Shown: one piece after another, positions 1 to 8,538 of the stretch
Layout of the letters: each line of letters starts with the position of its first letter
Position numbering within the stretch: position 1 is the first letter of the stretch
Assembly: GCA_052389555.1 (NCBI GenBank)
Contig: JBQTHV010000014.1
Location: 1,427 to 65,426 of the forward strand
Direction of reading: 5' to 3'
DNA: 64,000 nt
From: Gemmatimonadales bacterium
GTDB taxonomy: Bacteria > Gemmatimonadota > Gemmatimonadetes > Gemmatimonadales > GWC2-71-9
The notes under the pieces: generated by a model
Seen by the model: only the letters and a program-made list of their open reading frames with translations
Told to the model about the DNA's origin: nothing
Databases searched by the model: none
Position numbers and translations under genes: made by a program

Positions 1-64
1 GGTCACGGATCTGACCGACGATTAACCGCTCGGGCCTCAGCCCCTATCTGGCACTGGGCCTAGG

Positions 65-331
65 TTGTTTGCGCTGACCCGAGTATCTTTCACCATGTCT
101 AGGCGCCGGAAACTGAATATCAGGACCCCCGCGCCGCAGGATCACTCTCTAGCGCCCTCCGAGCCTGGCAACGGCTACGCACCGCACGCACGGAAACCGC
201 TCCTAAGCAAGTCAGCTTCACCTTCTCCTGCTGGAGCGAGTCTCGAGTCCGCCTGGGCCTGGCTCCACCGCGCCGCGCATAGTCACCAAGTATCCCTCCT
301 CCGCGTTAGCGTAACAGCGCCTGCGGCCTAA
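65..331 (+). CDS. Hypothetical cassette ORF
   Basis: Its TAA stop lies inside the attC R'' box (GCCTAAC), as is typical of cassettes; no recognisable domain. Confidence 0.3.
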   Translation: MFALTRVSFTMSRRRKLNIRTPAPQDHSLAPSEPGNGYAPHARKPLLSKSASPSPAGASLESAWAWLHRAAHSHQVSLLRVSVTAPAA

Positions 332-447
332 CCCGCATTTGGAGCTGACGAGGCCCTAAACGCTTCGGCCGCCGCGCGGTATGTTAGTGGGTCAAGGTTG
401 CGCGGCAGCCTCGGCAGGCCCCCGCAGCAGAATTGCAGACGTCATAC
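326..447 (+). other. attC site 1 (long type, 122 bp, variant R' GTCATAC)
   Basis: R'' GCCTAAC 326-332, L'' GCATTTGGAGCTG, imperfect L' CAGCAGAATTGC, R' GTCATAC 441-447; internally similar to 5474-5595. Confidence 0.75.
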
Positions 448-477
448 CGCCCCGATCCACGCAGTTCCGCGCCTCCC

Positions 478-513
478 TTGCCTTATACAGCCCCTAATGC
501 TATTTATACAGCC
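478..513 (+). promoter_or_regulatory. Putative TA promoter with direct-repeat operator
   Basis: TTGCCT (478-483), 17 bp, TATTTA (501-506); TTATACAGCC repeated at 483-492 and 504-513; AT-rich patch upstream of the antitoxin. Confidence 0.45.
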
Positions 514-533
514 ATTCCCGGCCGGATTCCGGC

Positions 534-752
534 ATGACCACGACCCGAAGACGTCGCAAGAACCTCTACATCGATCAGCGTCGGATCGACCGCGTCAAGG
601 CCTTGCTCCACGCGGAAACCGAAACCGAGACCATCGAACGGGCCCTCGCTCTGGCCGAGGACTTCACCGCGTTTCAAGCCCAGGTGGATCGCGGCTTGGC
701 CACGCTCGTTGGGAAGGGCGGATTCCGCGATCCGTTCAGCGCTCGCGAATAG
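534..752 (+). CDS. Putative type II antitoxin (VapB-like)
   Basis: 72 aa with basic N-terminus RRKNLYID...TETETIERAL, 9 bp upstream of a PIN gene. Confidence 0.7.
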   Translation: MTTTRRRRKNLYIDQRRIDRVKALLHAETETETIERALALAEDFTAFQAQVDRGLATLVGKGGFRDPFSARE

Positions 753-761
753 ACCGGGTCC

Positions 762-1208
762 GTGCAGCTCATCGATTCGAGCCTCTACATCCGCGCCTTC
801 CGCGAGCCGGCCTTCGGGGAAGAGTTTCGCACTTTTCATCGGACGGCGTTGCCAGGCCTCGTCCTGAGCGCAGTCGTCGCATCCGAGGTTCTCATTGGGG
901 CGTTGACTCCCGAGCGTGAGCGTGCCTTCCGCCGGGGGATCCTGGATCCGTTTCAAGCCCGACGACGGCTCCATGTCCCGACGTGGAGTACCTGGGATCG
1001 GGCCAGCTCCGTTGATCGCCGCATGCGCCGACGGCCGGCGTTCCACAGCCGACTCGATCGGCGCTCCTTTTTTCAGGATATCCTGATTGCCACTTCCGCC
1101 CGGGAACTCGGGGCGACCGTGATCACCTTGAACACGCGAGATTTCGAGGCCATCGCGGAGTTCATCGACATCACAGTCGCAGAGCCATGGCCCCAGCGGG
1201 CCGTATAA
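762..1208 (+). CDS. vapC: PIN-domain toxin (VapC family)
   Basis: LIDSS...VVASE...DILIATSA...VITLNTRDF PIN motifs; stop overlaps the attC R''. Confidence 0.85.
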   Translation: MQLIDSSLYIRAFREPAFGEEFRTFHRTALPGLVLSAVVASEVLIGALTPERERAFRRGILDPFQARRRLHVPTWSTWDRASSVDRRMRRRPAFHSRLDRRSFFQDILIATSARELGATVITLNTRDFEAIAEFIDITVAEPWPQRAV

Positions 1209-1230
1209 CCCGCGCTTGCAGCAGACCGGG
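1203..1230 (+). other. attC site 2, left half only
   Basis: GTATAAC-CCGCGCTTGCAGCAGACCGGG; no L'/R' follows, it runs straight into the next ORF. Confidence 0.65.
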
Positions 1231-1237
1231 GCGTCGG

Positions 1238-2080
1238 GTGTTCCCCGCGATCGCGACGATCTTCCTGCTCGGGTTCCCAGCCGCCGGTTCCCAACCTGGC
1301 TCCAGCCAGGTCCCGGACTCGCTCGTCTATCGAACGATCGCAGGCCAGTCGCTGCATCTCTACCTGTTCCGGCCAAGTGGACCGCGAACTTCGGATCGCC
1401 GTCATGCCATACTTCTCCTGCACGGAGGAGGGTGAAGTGCTGGGGCGCCCTCACGGACCTACGAGGCGGCTCGTCTGTTTTCTGCCTGGGGTCTCGTCGC
1501 GATAGCCGTTCAATATCGCCTGGCCGCCGGCGACCTTACGCCGCTCGACGCGCTGGATGACGTCTGCGCCGCCCTCGGATGGGTCCGAGCCCATGCCCCA
1601 GAGTTGGGACTCACCGAGCGGCTAGTCGGATATGGGGTCTCGGCCGGGGGCCACCTGATTGCGGCCACGGCTACCATCGGCTGCAAGAGTGGAGATCCTG
1701 GTCCTGGGGCGCTGCTTCTCCTCTCGCCTGCTCTCGACTTGGCCAGAGACCGCTGGTTCGCCAGCCTGCTGAAGGGCCGCGCGAATGTCTCCAGCATGTC
1801 CCCCGTCGAGCATGTCCGCCCCTCTACGCCACCCACCTCGATCGTTCAAGGTGCGGCGGATGTCCTGACTCCGCTGGCCGGGGCTGAACGCTATTGCGCC
1901 CGCCTCAAGCAGCATGGCCAAGTCTGCGACTTGCATGTATATCCTGGGCTCGGCCACCTCCTGACCCGCGACCTGATGGATCAGGAGTCGCATTTCGATC
2001 CGGACCCCCGGGCTCGGGCTGATGGGATGGAGCGGCATCGCTTGCTTCTTGAACGGTTAGGCTTCATTCGGCGTCGGTGA
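1238..2080 (+). pseudogene. Secreted alpha/beta hydrolase (HSL-like esterase) with nonsense mutation
   Basis: HGGG then TGA (1433-1435) where W is expected; the same frame continues through QYRL, GVSAGGHL, QGAAD and YPGLGH. Confidence 0.8.
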
Positions 2081-2086
2081 GCAGCA

Positions 2087-2152
2087 ACATAACCCGCGTC
2101 TGCAGCTGACCGGGCCCTCACCGTCTGGCAGCGGAAGCGCAGCTCGTTAGGC
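2087..2152 (+). other. attC site 3 (66 bp)
   Basis: R'' ACATAAC 2087-2093 to R' GTTAGGC 2146-2152, with partly complementary L boxes. Confidence 0.85.
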
Positions 2153-2335
2153 CTCACCCAGGGAGACGCTCATGGCCAGCTTTGGGCACTTGGCTGTATC
2201 CGTGCTCTGGACCGCAGGTATCATTCCCGGAGCCACGTGTGCTGTGAGCGCACAGCCAGCCGACGCGCGGTTGATAGCACGTCCCGCATTCGCACGGCGG
2301 CGCGGTTGCCAACAAGTCAGAATGGCGAGGTTTCC

Positions 2336-2818
2336 ATGAGCCCCAGGAAGGACACCCAAAAGTCCGCCAAGCGCACCACCGCGACCAACCAGTCCAAGGG
2401 ATTCACGGACGAGGAAAGAGCTGCGATGAAGGAGCGCGCTCAAGAGCTCAAGGCGGAAGCGCGCCGCAGCACGCGCGCGGACCAGACGGACGGGGAGAGC
2501 GACGTGCTCGCGAAGATCGCCGAGATGCCGGAACCGGATCGCGCCATGGCCGAGCGGCTCCATGCGCTCATCAAGACCAGCGCGCCAGCCCTCTCGCCCA
2601 AAACCTGGTACGGGATGCCCGCGTACGCCAAGGACGGCAAGGTCGTCTGCTTCTTCCAGAGCGCGCAGAAATTCAAATCGAGGTACCCGACGTTCGGCTT
2701 CACCGACCAGGCGAACCTCGACGAAGGCGCCTTGTGGCCGACCGCCTTCGCGCTGAAGGAGTTGACTGCCACCGAAGTGGCAAGAATCAGCGCCCTCGTG
2801 AAAAAAGCCGTGAGCTGA
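2336..2818 (+). CDS. DUF1801 / YdhG-like protein
   Basis: [16 protein letters not shown]...[21 protein letters not shown] signature; GAGG before ATG 2336. Confidence 0.8.
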   Translation: MSPRKDTQKSAKRTTATNQSKGFTDEERAAMKERAQELKAEARRSTRADQTDGESDVLAKIAEMPEPDRAMAERLHALIKTSAPALSPKTWYGMPAYAKDGKVVCFFQSAQKFKSRYPTFGFTDQANLDEGALWPTAFALKELTATEVARISALVKKAVS

Positions 2819-2875
2819 GGGCCAATCTCGCCACTGGCGGAAGGGCTGGCCGTGTACCCGACGCAGGGCGGCGCC

Positions 2876-2944
2876 ACCTAACCCGCATTTGGAGCTGCGT
2901 GGTCGTAAGCGCGGCCCCAGCAGCTCAAATGGAGAGCGTTAGGT
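2876..2944 (+). other. attC site 4 (69 bp, canonical)
   Basis: R'' ACCTAAC and R' GTTAGGT are perfect complements; L'' CATTTGGAGCTGC pairs with L' GCAGCTCAAATG leaving one extrahelical G. Confidence 0.92.
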
Positions 2945-2982
2945 CGCTCCTTTCGTCGCAGATCCGCCTGGAGGAATAATCC

Positions 2983-3825
2983 GTGGCACGATTCCCGATG
3001 CTGGTCCTCACCGCCGTTGTCACCATCACGGCTTCGGCTGCCGCCCAAGGCCCACCGGCCGGCCCCCGCCCCGTCTTAGTACAAGGTGCCATGCAGTTAG
3101 AAACCGCCCTGTTGGTCAGCCGGCTTGAGGAGGTCAAGGTCGACAAGGTCGCCGCCTGGACCTTCTGGCGGGGCACTCTGGAAGGTTACCCCGTCATTGT
3201 GTCGAAGACGCTTAAAGGAACGGCTAACGCGGCGGCCGCCACGGCACTTGCGATCGAGCGGTACCATCCCATAGCGATTGTCAATCAGGGAACCGCCGGC
3301 GGTCACGATTCTACGCTCCATGTCTACCATATCGTACTCGGCACCAGTGCGGTGAACCTGGGCGCGTTCAAGACCCCTCACCGAGGGGCCGGAACAGGAA
3401 GTAACGCACTGGATTGGGTCCCACTCGACCTGCTGGTGTCGGAAGGCAGTGCCGGCAACGATCCGAACGAACACCAGGTTGCCCGCTTCCAAGGTGACAG
3501 CGCACTTTTGGCGGCGGCTCGAAGCGCCAAGCACCGGTACACCAAGGGACGGATTGTTGAAGGCGTGATTGGATCAAGCGACATTTGGAATGAGGAGATC
3601 GATCGAATAGCACGGCTCCGCGCTGCATCGGGAACTTCGGTGGAGGAGATGGAGACAGCCTCAGCAGGACAGATCGCGGGTCCTTTCAAGGTGCCGTTTC
3701 TCGGCATTCGCGTGGTGTCCAACAATATCACCTCCGGCGGTGCCTACGACCCCAAGACGGGGGAAGCATGTCAGGACTTCGTCTTCCAGGTCCTCATCGC
3801 CTATGTCGCCACCTTGAGGCGCTAG
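2983..3825 (+). CDS. MTA/SAH nucleosidase-like protein (PNP_UDP_1 fold) with signal peptide
   Basis: VQGAM..E, NQGTAGG and EMETAS motifs; hydrophobic N-terminus ending ASAAAQ; RBS GGAGG. Confidence 0.8.
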   Translation: MARFPMLVLTAVVTITASAAAQGPPAGPRPVLVQGAMQLETALLVSRLEEVKVDKVAAWTFWRGTLEGYPVIVSKTLKGTANAAAATALAIERYHPIAIVNQGTAGGHDSTLHVYHIVLGTSAVNLGAFKTPHRGAGTGSNALDWVPLDLLVSEGSAGNDPNEHQVARFQGDSALLAAARSAKHRYTKGRIVEGVIGSSDIWNEEIDRIARLRAASGTSVEEMETASAGQIAGPFKVPFLGIRVVSNNITSGGAYDPKTGEACQDFVFQVLIAYVATLRR

Positions 3826-3841
3826 CTGGTCCGGCGGAGCG

Positions 3842-3890
3842 ACCTAACCCGCATTGGCAGCTGACCAACGCAAGGGCATGGCGTTGGACC
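3842..3890 (+). other. attC site 5, left half only
   Basis: ACCTAAC-CCGCATTGGCAGCTGAC plus a small CCAACGC/GCGTTGG hairpin; no R' found. Confidence 0.7.
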
Positions 3891-3942
3891 GCACCCACGG
3901 TCCCCACCGACAGTGACGACATTCTGAGTTCCGGAACCGCGC

Positions 3943-4110
3943 TTGTTTGCGTCGCCGCCCGGCGGTAGCTTGAGGCCAGGCGTGCAGGACGCCTCCCGTC
4001 CGCGGACAGGACCGAGTCCACCTGAATAGGTCGCCAGACGTTCGGACGTGATTGCCGAACCTCCTTTGCCCGGCGCCAGCGGACCACGGGCTCATTCAAG
4101 GAGGGTCGTC
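3943..4110 (+). promoter_or_regulatory. Putative promoter plus structured 5' leader (candidate cis-regulatory RNA)
   Basis: TTGTTT-17bp-TAGCTT, then consecutive small hairpins up to the RBS AAGGAGGG (see findings). Confidence 0.45.
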
Positions 4111-5382
4111 ATGCCCGTCCGCCGCTTGCCCGTCCGGCCCGACCTCGATCAGCTTCATCGTCAAGCCAAGGAACTCCTTCGCGCAATTCACGCCGGCGAT
4201 GCGGATGCGATCGCCGAACTGGGTGAGTATCACCCCGAATCGATCGACCCCTCCGCTGCGAAGCTGGCCGACGCGCAGCTCGTGCTCGCACGGAGCTACC
4301 AAACGTCGAGCTGGCCGAGGCTCGTCCGCGCGGTGCAGCTCGCGGACGCGATCTGGCGCGATGACCCCGACGAGGTCCGCGCTCTCATCACGCGAGATCC
4401 AGCGCTCATTCATGAGCACGTCCTGATTCGCACCGATAGCGGCTGGGGACCACCGATGACGTACGCAGCAAACCTTGGTCGCGACCGCATCATCCGTCTC
4501 CTTCACAGCTACGGCGCCAGCGACCTCGAATCTGCGGCTGGACGGGCCGCGCTCCAGGGCAAGGCCGACACGGTGCGCATGATCTACGATTTGGCGGGAC
4601 GACCGTCGCTCGACAAGTGGACGCTCGCCGGGCCCGCGTACACGCTCAGCGTAGAAGGAACCGCCGTCCTCTTCACGCTCGGTGCCCGCATCGTCGGACC
4701 CGAGGGGGTGGACCGGAACACGATGGAACACCTCCTCGGGACGGATAGCCGCAACCCGCCCGCCAAGCACCGCATCCTGGAGCTGTACGTTGAGCACAGC
4801 TTTGAGCCTCCCGACACGCCAGTGATGGCGCTCCATCGCGGCCGCATCGACCTGCTCGAGGCCCACCTCGCGCGCGACCCGGATCTCCTCACGCGCACGT
4901 TCGGCATCGCCGAGGTCTTCCCGCTCGCGCCGGCCTGCGCCCGGGACCCGTACACCGCCCAGGGGACGCCGGTGCACGGGACGACGCTCCTCCACATCGC
5001 CGCCTACTTCGACGAGCTGGAGATCGCGGAGTGGTTGCTCGACCGCGGCACGGATCCTGACGCGCGGGCGGCGATCGACGCGGATGGCTTCGGCGGGTAC
5101 ACCGCGCTCTTCTCGACGGTCGTCTCCCAGCGTAACTTCTGGGTCAACTACGGCAAGGGACAGCCGGACGAAGCGCGCTTCACGCGCCTCCTGCTAGACC
5201 GCGGTGCCGACCCGAATGTCCGGGCGTCCCTCCGGGCTCGCCTCGAGGAGGGACACGGGGGCGGCCCGCTTCGCGAGTACCGCGACGTCACGCCGATTGC
5301 TTGGGGCGAGCAGTACCACCCGAAGATCTTCGTGAGCCGGGAGTCGCTGTGGCTGATCGAGGTGCGGGGTGGCGGTCGGTAA
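4111..5382 (+). CDS. Ankyrin-repeat protein with N-terminal LPxRPxLxQLxxQAKxLL helical domain
   Basis: GTTLLHIAA, GYTALF and LLLDRGADPN ankyrin motifs; strong RBS. Confidence 0.8.
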   Translation: MPVRRLPVRPDLDQLHRQAKELLRAIHAGDADAIAELGEYHPESIDPSAAKLADAQLVLARSYQTSSWPRLVRAVQLADAIWRDDPDEVRALITRDPALIHEHVLIRTDSGWGPPMTYAANLGRDRIIRLLHSYGASDLESAAGRAALQGKADTVRMIYDLAGRPSLDKWTLAGPAYTLSVEGTAVLFTLGARIVGPEGVDRNTMEHLLGTDSRNPPAKHRILELYVEHSFEPPDTPVMALHRGRIDLLEAHLARDPDLLTRTFGIAEVFPLAPACARDPYTAQGTPVHGTTLLHIAAYFDELEIAEWLLDRGTDPDARAAIDADGFGGYTALFSTVVSQRNFWVNYGKGQPDEARFTRLLLDRGADPNVRASLRARLEEGHGGGPLREYRDVTPIAWGEQYHPKIFVSRESLWLIEVRGGGR

Positions 5383-5473
5383 CCTATTGCCGATTGGTTC
5401 AGGTCAAATCGCACCGTGCTTGGGGTACCAACCGAGGGGCATCCTTAAACCCCGGCATGCTTCCCAAGCAGCG

Positions 5474-5595
5474 GCCTAACCCGCGCCTGGAGCTGACCGG
5501 GCCCAAGCGGCTCGGCCGCCGCGCGATATATTTGGGTTGTTAAGTTGTGCGGCGGTCTCGCCAGGGCCTGGTAGCTCAAGCGCAGAGCGTCAGGC
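5474..5595 (+). other. attC site 6 (long type, 122 bp, variant R' GTCAGGC)
   Basis: R'' GCCTAAC, L'' GCGCCTGGAGCTG, L' TAGCTCAAGCGC, R' GTCAGGC 5589-5595. Confidence 0.8.
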
Positions 5596-5620
5596 CGCAG
5601 CCATACCTCGAGGAAGGCTC

Positions 5621-5825
5621 ATGACTTCTCCGGCGCCGCCTCAAGTCGAGGTCGAGCAGCACCATGCTTCTCTTCGCGTGGGGGATCTCCCTGCTGCAAT
5701 AGAGTTCTACCCGCCACGCCTGGGATTCCATGCGTTCACTTGGGGTAAACCGCCCACGATGACTGGCGTCAACCTTGGCGAGACGCAGATATTCCTCGAG
5801 GCTGGGAGGCCAGCACCGGCTCGGG
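5621..5825 (+). pseudogene. Truncated VOC/glyoxalase-family gene
   Basis: HASLRVGDLPAAIEFY..RLGF..TWG.PP is the first VOC half; the sequence becomes non-homologous after ~65 aa. Confidence 0.6.
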
Positions 5826-6012
5826 ACTGCACCCATTCGAGGCGCTTGGCGACGGCGTTGCCGGCGGTCCCTATCTTGGGTTCAGCCGATATCGGGCAGC
5901 GCGTCGCTAGGCGGACGTGGGCTGACTCGTTGCGGACTCGAATGCGAGTTGATCACACCGCTCCCGCGCGCCGCGCATCCGACCATGGTGCGATGATTTG
6001 AGAGGAAGCCGT

Positions 6013-6624
6013 ATGATGCGTCGTCTCTATCTCACTACGCTCATAGCGATGGTCCCCGGGACTCCCGCATTCGCACAGAACCAAGGGGCCGTGCCGCGGG
6101 CGATCCCGCTGCCGGATACGGTGGGCGCGAACTTCGCCGTCTCGGACACGCTTACCGGCAGAAGTGAACCCGCAGACTATGACTTCCTCATTGGCGCGTG
6201 GCGTTTCACGTTCCAAGCGCGGCGTCGCGATGGTTCATTCACGCCTCCGTTCACCGGGCATTGGGTTTTCACCAGGAAGCAGACGGGCGGCCAGGGTGTG
6301 CTGATCGAAGACCACTGGCGGCCCGACGACGCATCGTCGACCTGGGACGCCGGCACGTGGACGTACCGCGCCTACAACCCGGAACGCAAGATCTGGGAGA
6401 TGCAGGGGATCAACACCACTATCGGCGCATGGCAGCCGGGGCTGATGTGGAGCGCCGGCGACGACCGATTGCTGACCGAGTGGTATGGACCAATGCTGGT
6501 CCGTTTCAGGTATTTCGCCATCGAGCCGGATAAGTTTCTGTGGCGCGCCGATGCCACCTTCGATCGGGGCAAGACCTGGGTCAGGGACTATTGGACGATG
6601 GAAGTGCACCGCATCTCGCGCTGA
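6013..6624 (+). CDS. Secreted hypothetical protein (DUF1579-like)
   Basis: Signal peptide ending AFA; DYDFLIGAW and TFDRGKTW..YWTM motifs. Confidence 0.65.
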   Translation: MMRRLYLTTLIAMVPGTPAFAQNQGAVPRAIPLPDTVGANFAVSDTLTGRSEPADYDFLIGAWRFTFQARRRDGSFTPPFTGHWVFTRKQTGGQGVLIEDHWRPDDASSTWDAGTWTYRAYNPERKIWEMQGINTTIGAWQPGLMWSAGDDRLLTEWYGPMLVRFRYFAIEPDKFLWRADATFDRGKTWVRDYWTMEVHRISR

Positions 6625-6661
6625 ATACCCATCCACCCGGAAGATTCCTTGAACACCTCTT

Positions 6662-7054
6662 ATGTGCTCGCGCTCTCCCTGGCTTTACCGGGGCCACTGG
6701 CGGTGCCGACCCTCCGAGCCTCCCCAGGCTGCCAACGGGTCCAACGCCCAGGTCGTGAGGGGCATGTATGACGCCTTTGGCCGAGGCGACGTACCTGGTG
6801 TGATCGCAGCCCTCGACTCCGCCGTTCGATGGATGGAAGCCGAGAGCTTCATCTACGCCGATGGCAAGCCCCAGATCTTCATCGCTGGTGGCCAAACCAT
6901 CGTCGTGGAGGGTCGCTACCGGGGCAAGGTGAAGGCGACTGGAAAGCCCATCGATTCCCAGTTTGCCCATGTCTTCGAGTTCCGGGATGGGAAGGTCATT
7001 CGCTTTCAGCAGTACACCGATACCAAGCAGTGGGCGCAGGCCGTGCAACCGTGA
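6662..7054 (+). pseudogene. NTF2/SnoaL-like protein, probably with internal deletion and damaged N-terminus
   Basis: VVRGMYDAFGRGDV and FAHVFEFRDGKVIRFQQYTDT; the segment after YADG that these proteins normally have appears absent. Confidence 0.55.
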
Positions 7055-7608
7055 CCGCAGCAGGCCCGACGCGCGTTGACCTGGTGTCCCAACGCCCACC
7101 GCTTCGCACCACGCTGTGGCTCGCCTTGCGGAGCCTCGCCTGGGCCGTTGTGCTGCCAGGGATCTTCGCTGGCTTTCTCCCCTGGCGCTACTTCGGTCTT
7201 CGCTCGGCCGATATCAGCCTAGCGAACCCATTTCACTGGATCGCTCTCCTTGCCATACTGCTCGGAGCAATCCTGTTGGCAGTTGCGATCGTTGAATTCG
7301 CCCGGACCGGCCGCGGCACTCTCTCACCGCTGGATCCTCCTCGCATGCTGGTCGTGCGGGGTCTCTACCGGTACGTTCGCAACCCCATGTATCTCAGCGT
7401 GACGGTCCTGGTTCTCGGGGAGGCCCTGCTGGCAGGCTCGACGCCGCTGCTCTTCTATTGGGTGATCTGGTTCGGGGCCGCGAACCTCTTCGTCATGGGC
7501 TACGAAGAGCCGAACCTGCGCAGCCGGTTCGGGGCCAGGTACGACCGCTACGCGGCTGCGGTAGGCCGCTGGATCCCACGCCTCAAGCCCTACCGGCCCA
7601 CGGAATGA
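7051..7608 (+). CDS. Isoprenylcysteine carboxyl methyltransferase family membrane protein
   Basis: GRGT..P.DPP..LVVRGLYRYVRNPMY...EEP.L...FG..Y..Y...V.RW. Confidence 0.85.
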   Translation: MTAAGPTRVDLVSQRPPLRTTLWLALRSLAWAVVLPGIFAGFLPWRYFGLRSADISLANPFHWIALLAILLGAILLAVAIVEFARTGRGTLSPLDPPRMLVVRGLYRYVRNPMYLSVTVLVLGEALLAGSTPLLFYWVIWFGAANLFVMGYEEPNLRSRFGARYDRYAAAVGRWIPRLKPYRPTE

Positions 7609-7937
7609 GGCGTTCCTGGCCCACTCTGCGTAAGAACCTCCAGTCCTAACTGACGTGGCGCACCTCCAGCGACCCTTCCGGCAGGGTACCGTACCAGACT
7701 CGTTCCACCGTCACCGACTCGACGGGATAGATGAGGCCTCCCTGACCGCAGGCCAACGCCTGGCCTTCCCGCGCTCAATCCCCAAGGCCTTCTCGTCTTC
7801 GGCGACCAGCTCTGGATACTCGGCCACGCGGCCGTGCCATATATTTCGGTCCCGACGGCCTCATCTCCCAATCCCGGATTCTCACTTGGCGGCGTGCACC
7901 GTAACGAGGGACATGACCATAACGCGGGGAGGTGCCT

Positions 7938-8468
7938 ATGGCACTAGTCGTTCTCCTCAAGGGCGTTAACGTCGGCGGGTATAGAACGTTTCGCCCGAGT
8001 CTCCTGGCCAAAGAGCTCGAACCCTTCGATGTCGTGAACGTGGGCGCGGCCGGGACCTTCGTGGTTCGCAGGACAGTGAGCCGGGTGAAGCTCCGCGCCG
8101 CAATGATGCGTCGACTCCCGTTTGAAACGGAGGTGATGATCTGCGACGGCTCTGATATCCTCCGGCTGGCTTCCCGCGATCCGTTCGCGGGTCAGCCCTC
8201 CGGGCCGAGTATCGTGCGATTCGTGAGCGTATTAGCCAAGGACCGGCCGCCTCGGACCGCAGTCCCCCTGAGCTTCCCCTCCAATGGACAGTGGGGTTTG
8301 AAAATTCTCGGCCGCCAGGATCGGTTCATCTTCGGCCTGTACCGCCGCGAGATGAAGGCCATTAGCTACCTTGGCCGGCTCGAGCAGGTGTTCGGCACGC
8401 CCGTCACGACCCGTAATTGGAACACGATCCAGGTGATCGTTCGAATCCTGAAGAACTCGAACGCCTAG
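7938..8468 (+). CDS. DUF1697 family protein
   Basis: VLLKGVNVGG N-terminus and TTRNWNTI C-terminus; RBS GGAGG. Confidence 0.85.
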   Translation: MALVVLLKGVNVGGYRTFRPSLLAKELEPFDVVNVGAAGTFVVRRTVSRVKLRAAMMRRLPFETEVMICDGSDILRLASRDPFAGQPSGPSIVRFVSVLAKDRPPRTAVPLSFPSNGQWGLKILGRQDRFIFGLYRREMKAISYLGRLEQVFGTPVTTRNWNTIQVIVRILKNSNA

Positions 8469-8538
8469 CGAACGGATTCATCCCGAATCTGCGGATGTCC
8501 AACGTCTGGAACGGCATCTTCTTCGAGCGTACCCGCCA

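Larger units (their letters stand above)
1..5595 (+). mobile_element. Integron gene-cassette array (distal, decaying end; integrase not in window, so either a CALIN or intI lies upstream)
   Basis: Six related RYYYAAC-CCGC...GCWG elements each directly follow a + strand ORF. The R' of one site complements the R'' of the next: 2938-2950 GTTAGGTCGCTCC vs 3836-3848 GGAGCGACCTAAC. Confidence 0.85.

Noticed and set aside
1433-1435. TGA-to-Trp recoding or selenocysteine
   Set aside because: TGA ends many genes here and Trp is encoded by TGG throughout; a single lesion in a decaying cassette is simpler.
326-5595. Repeats as a CRISPR array
   Set aside because: The spacers are gene-sized, the repeats have attC architecture, and no cas genes are present.
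7644-7720. Possible seventh attC starting TCCTAAC
   Set aside because: No matching L boxes or R' could be found.
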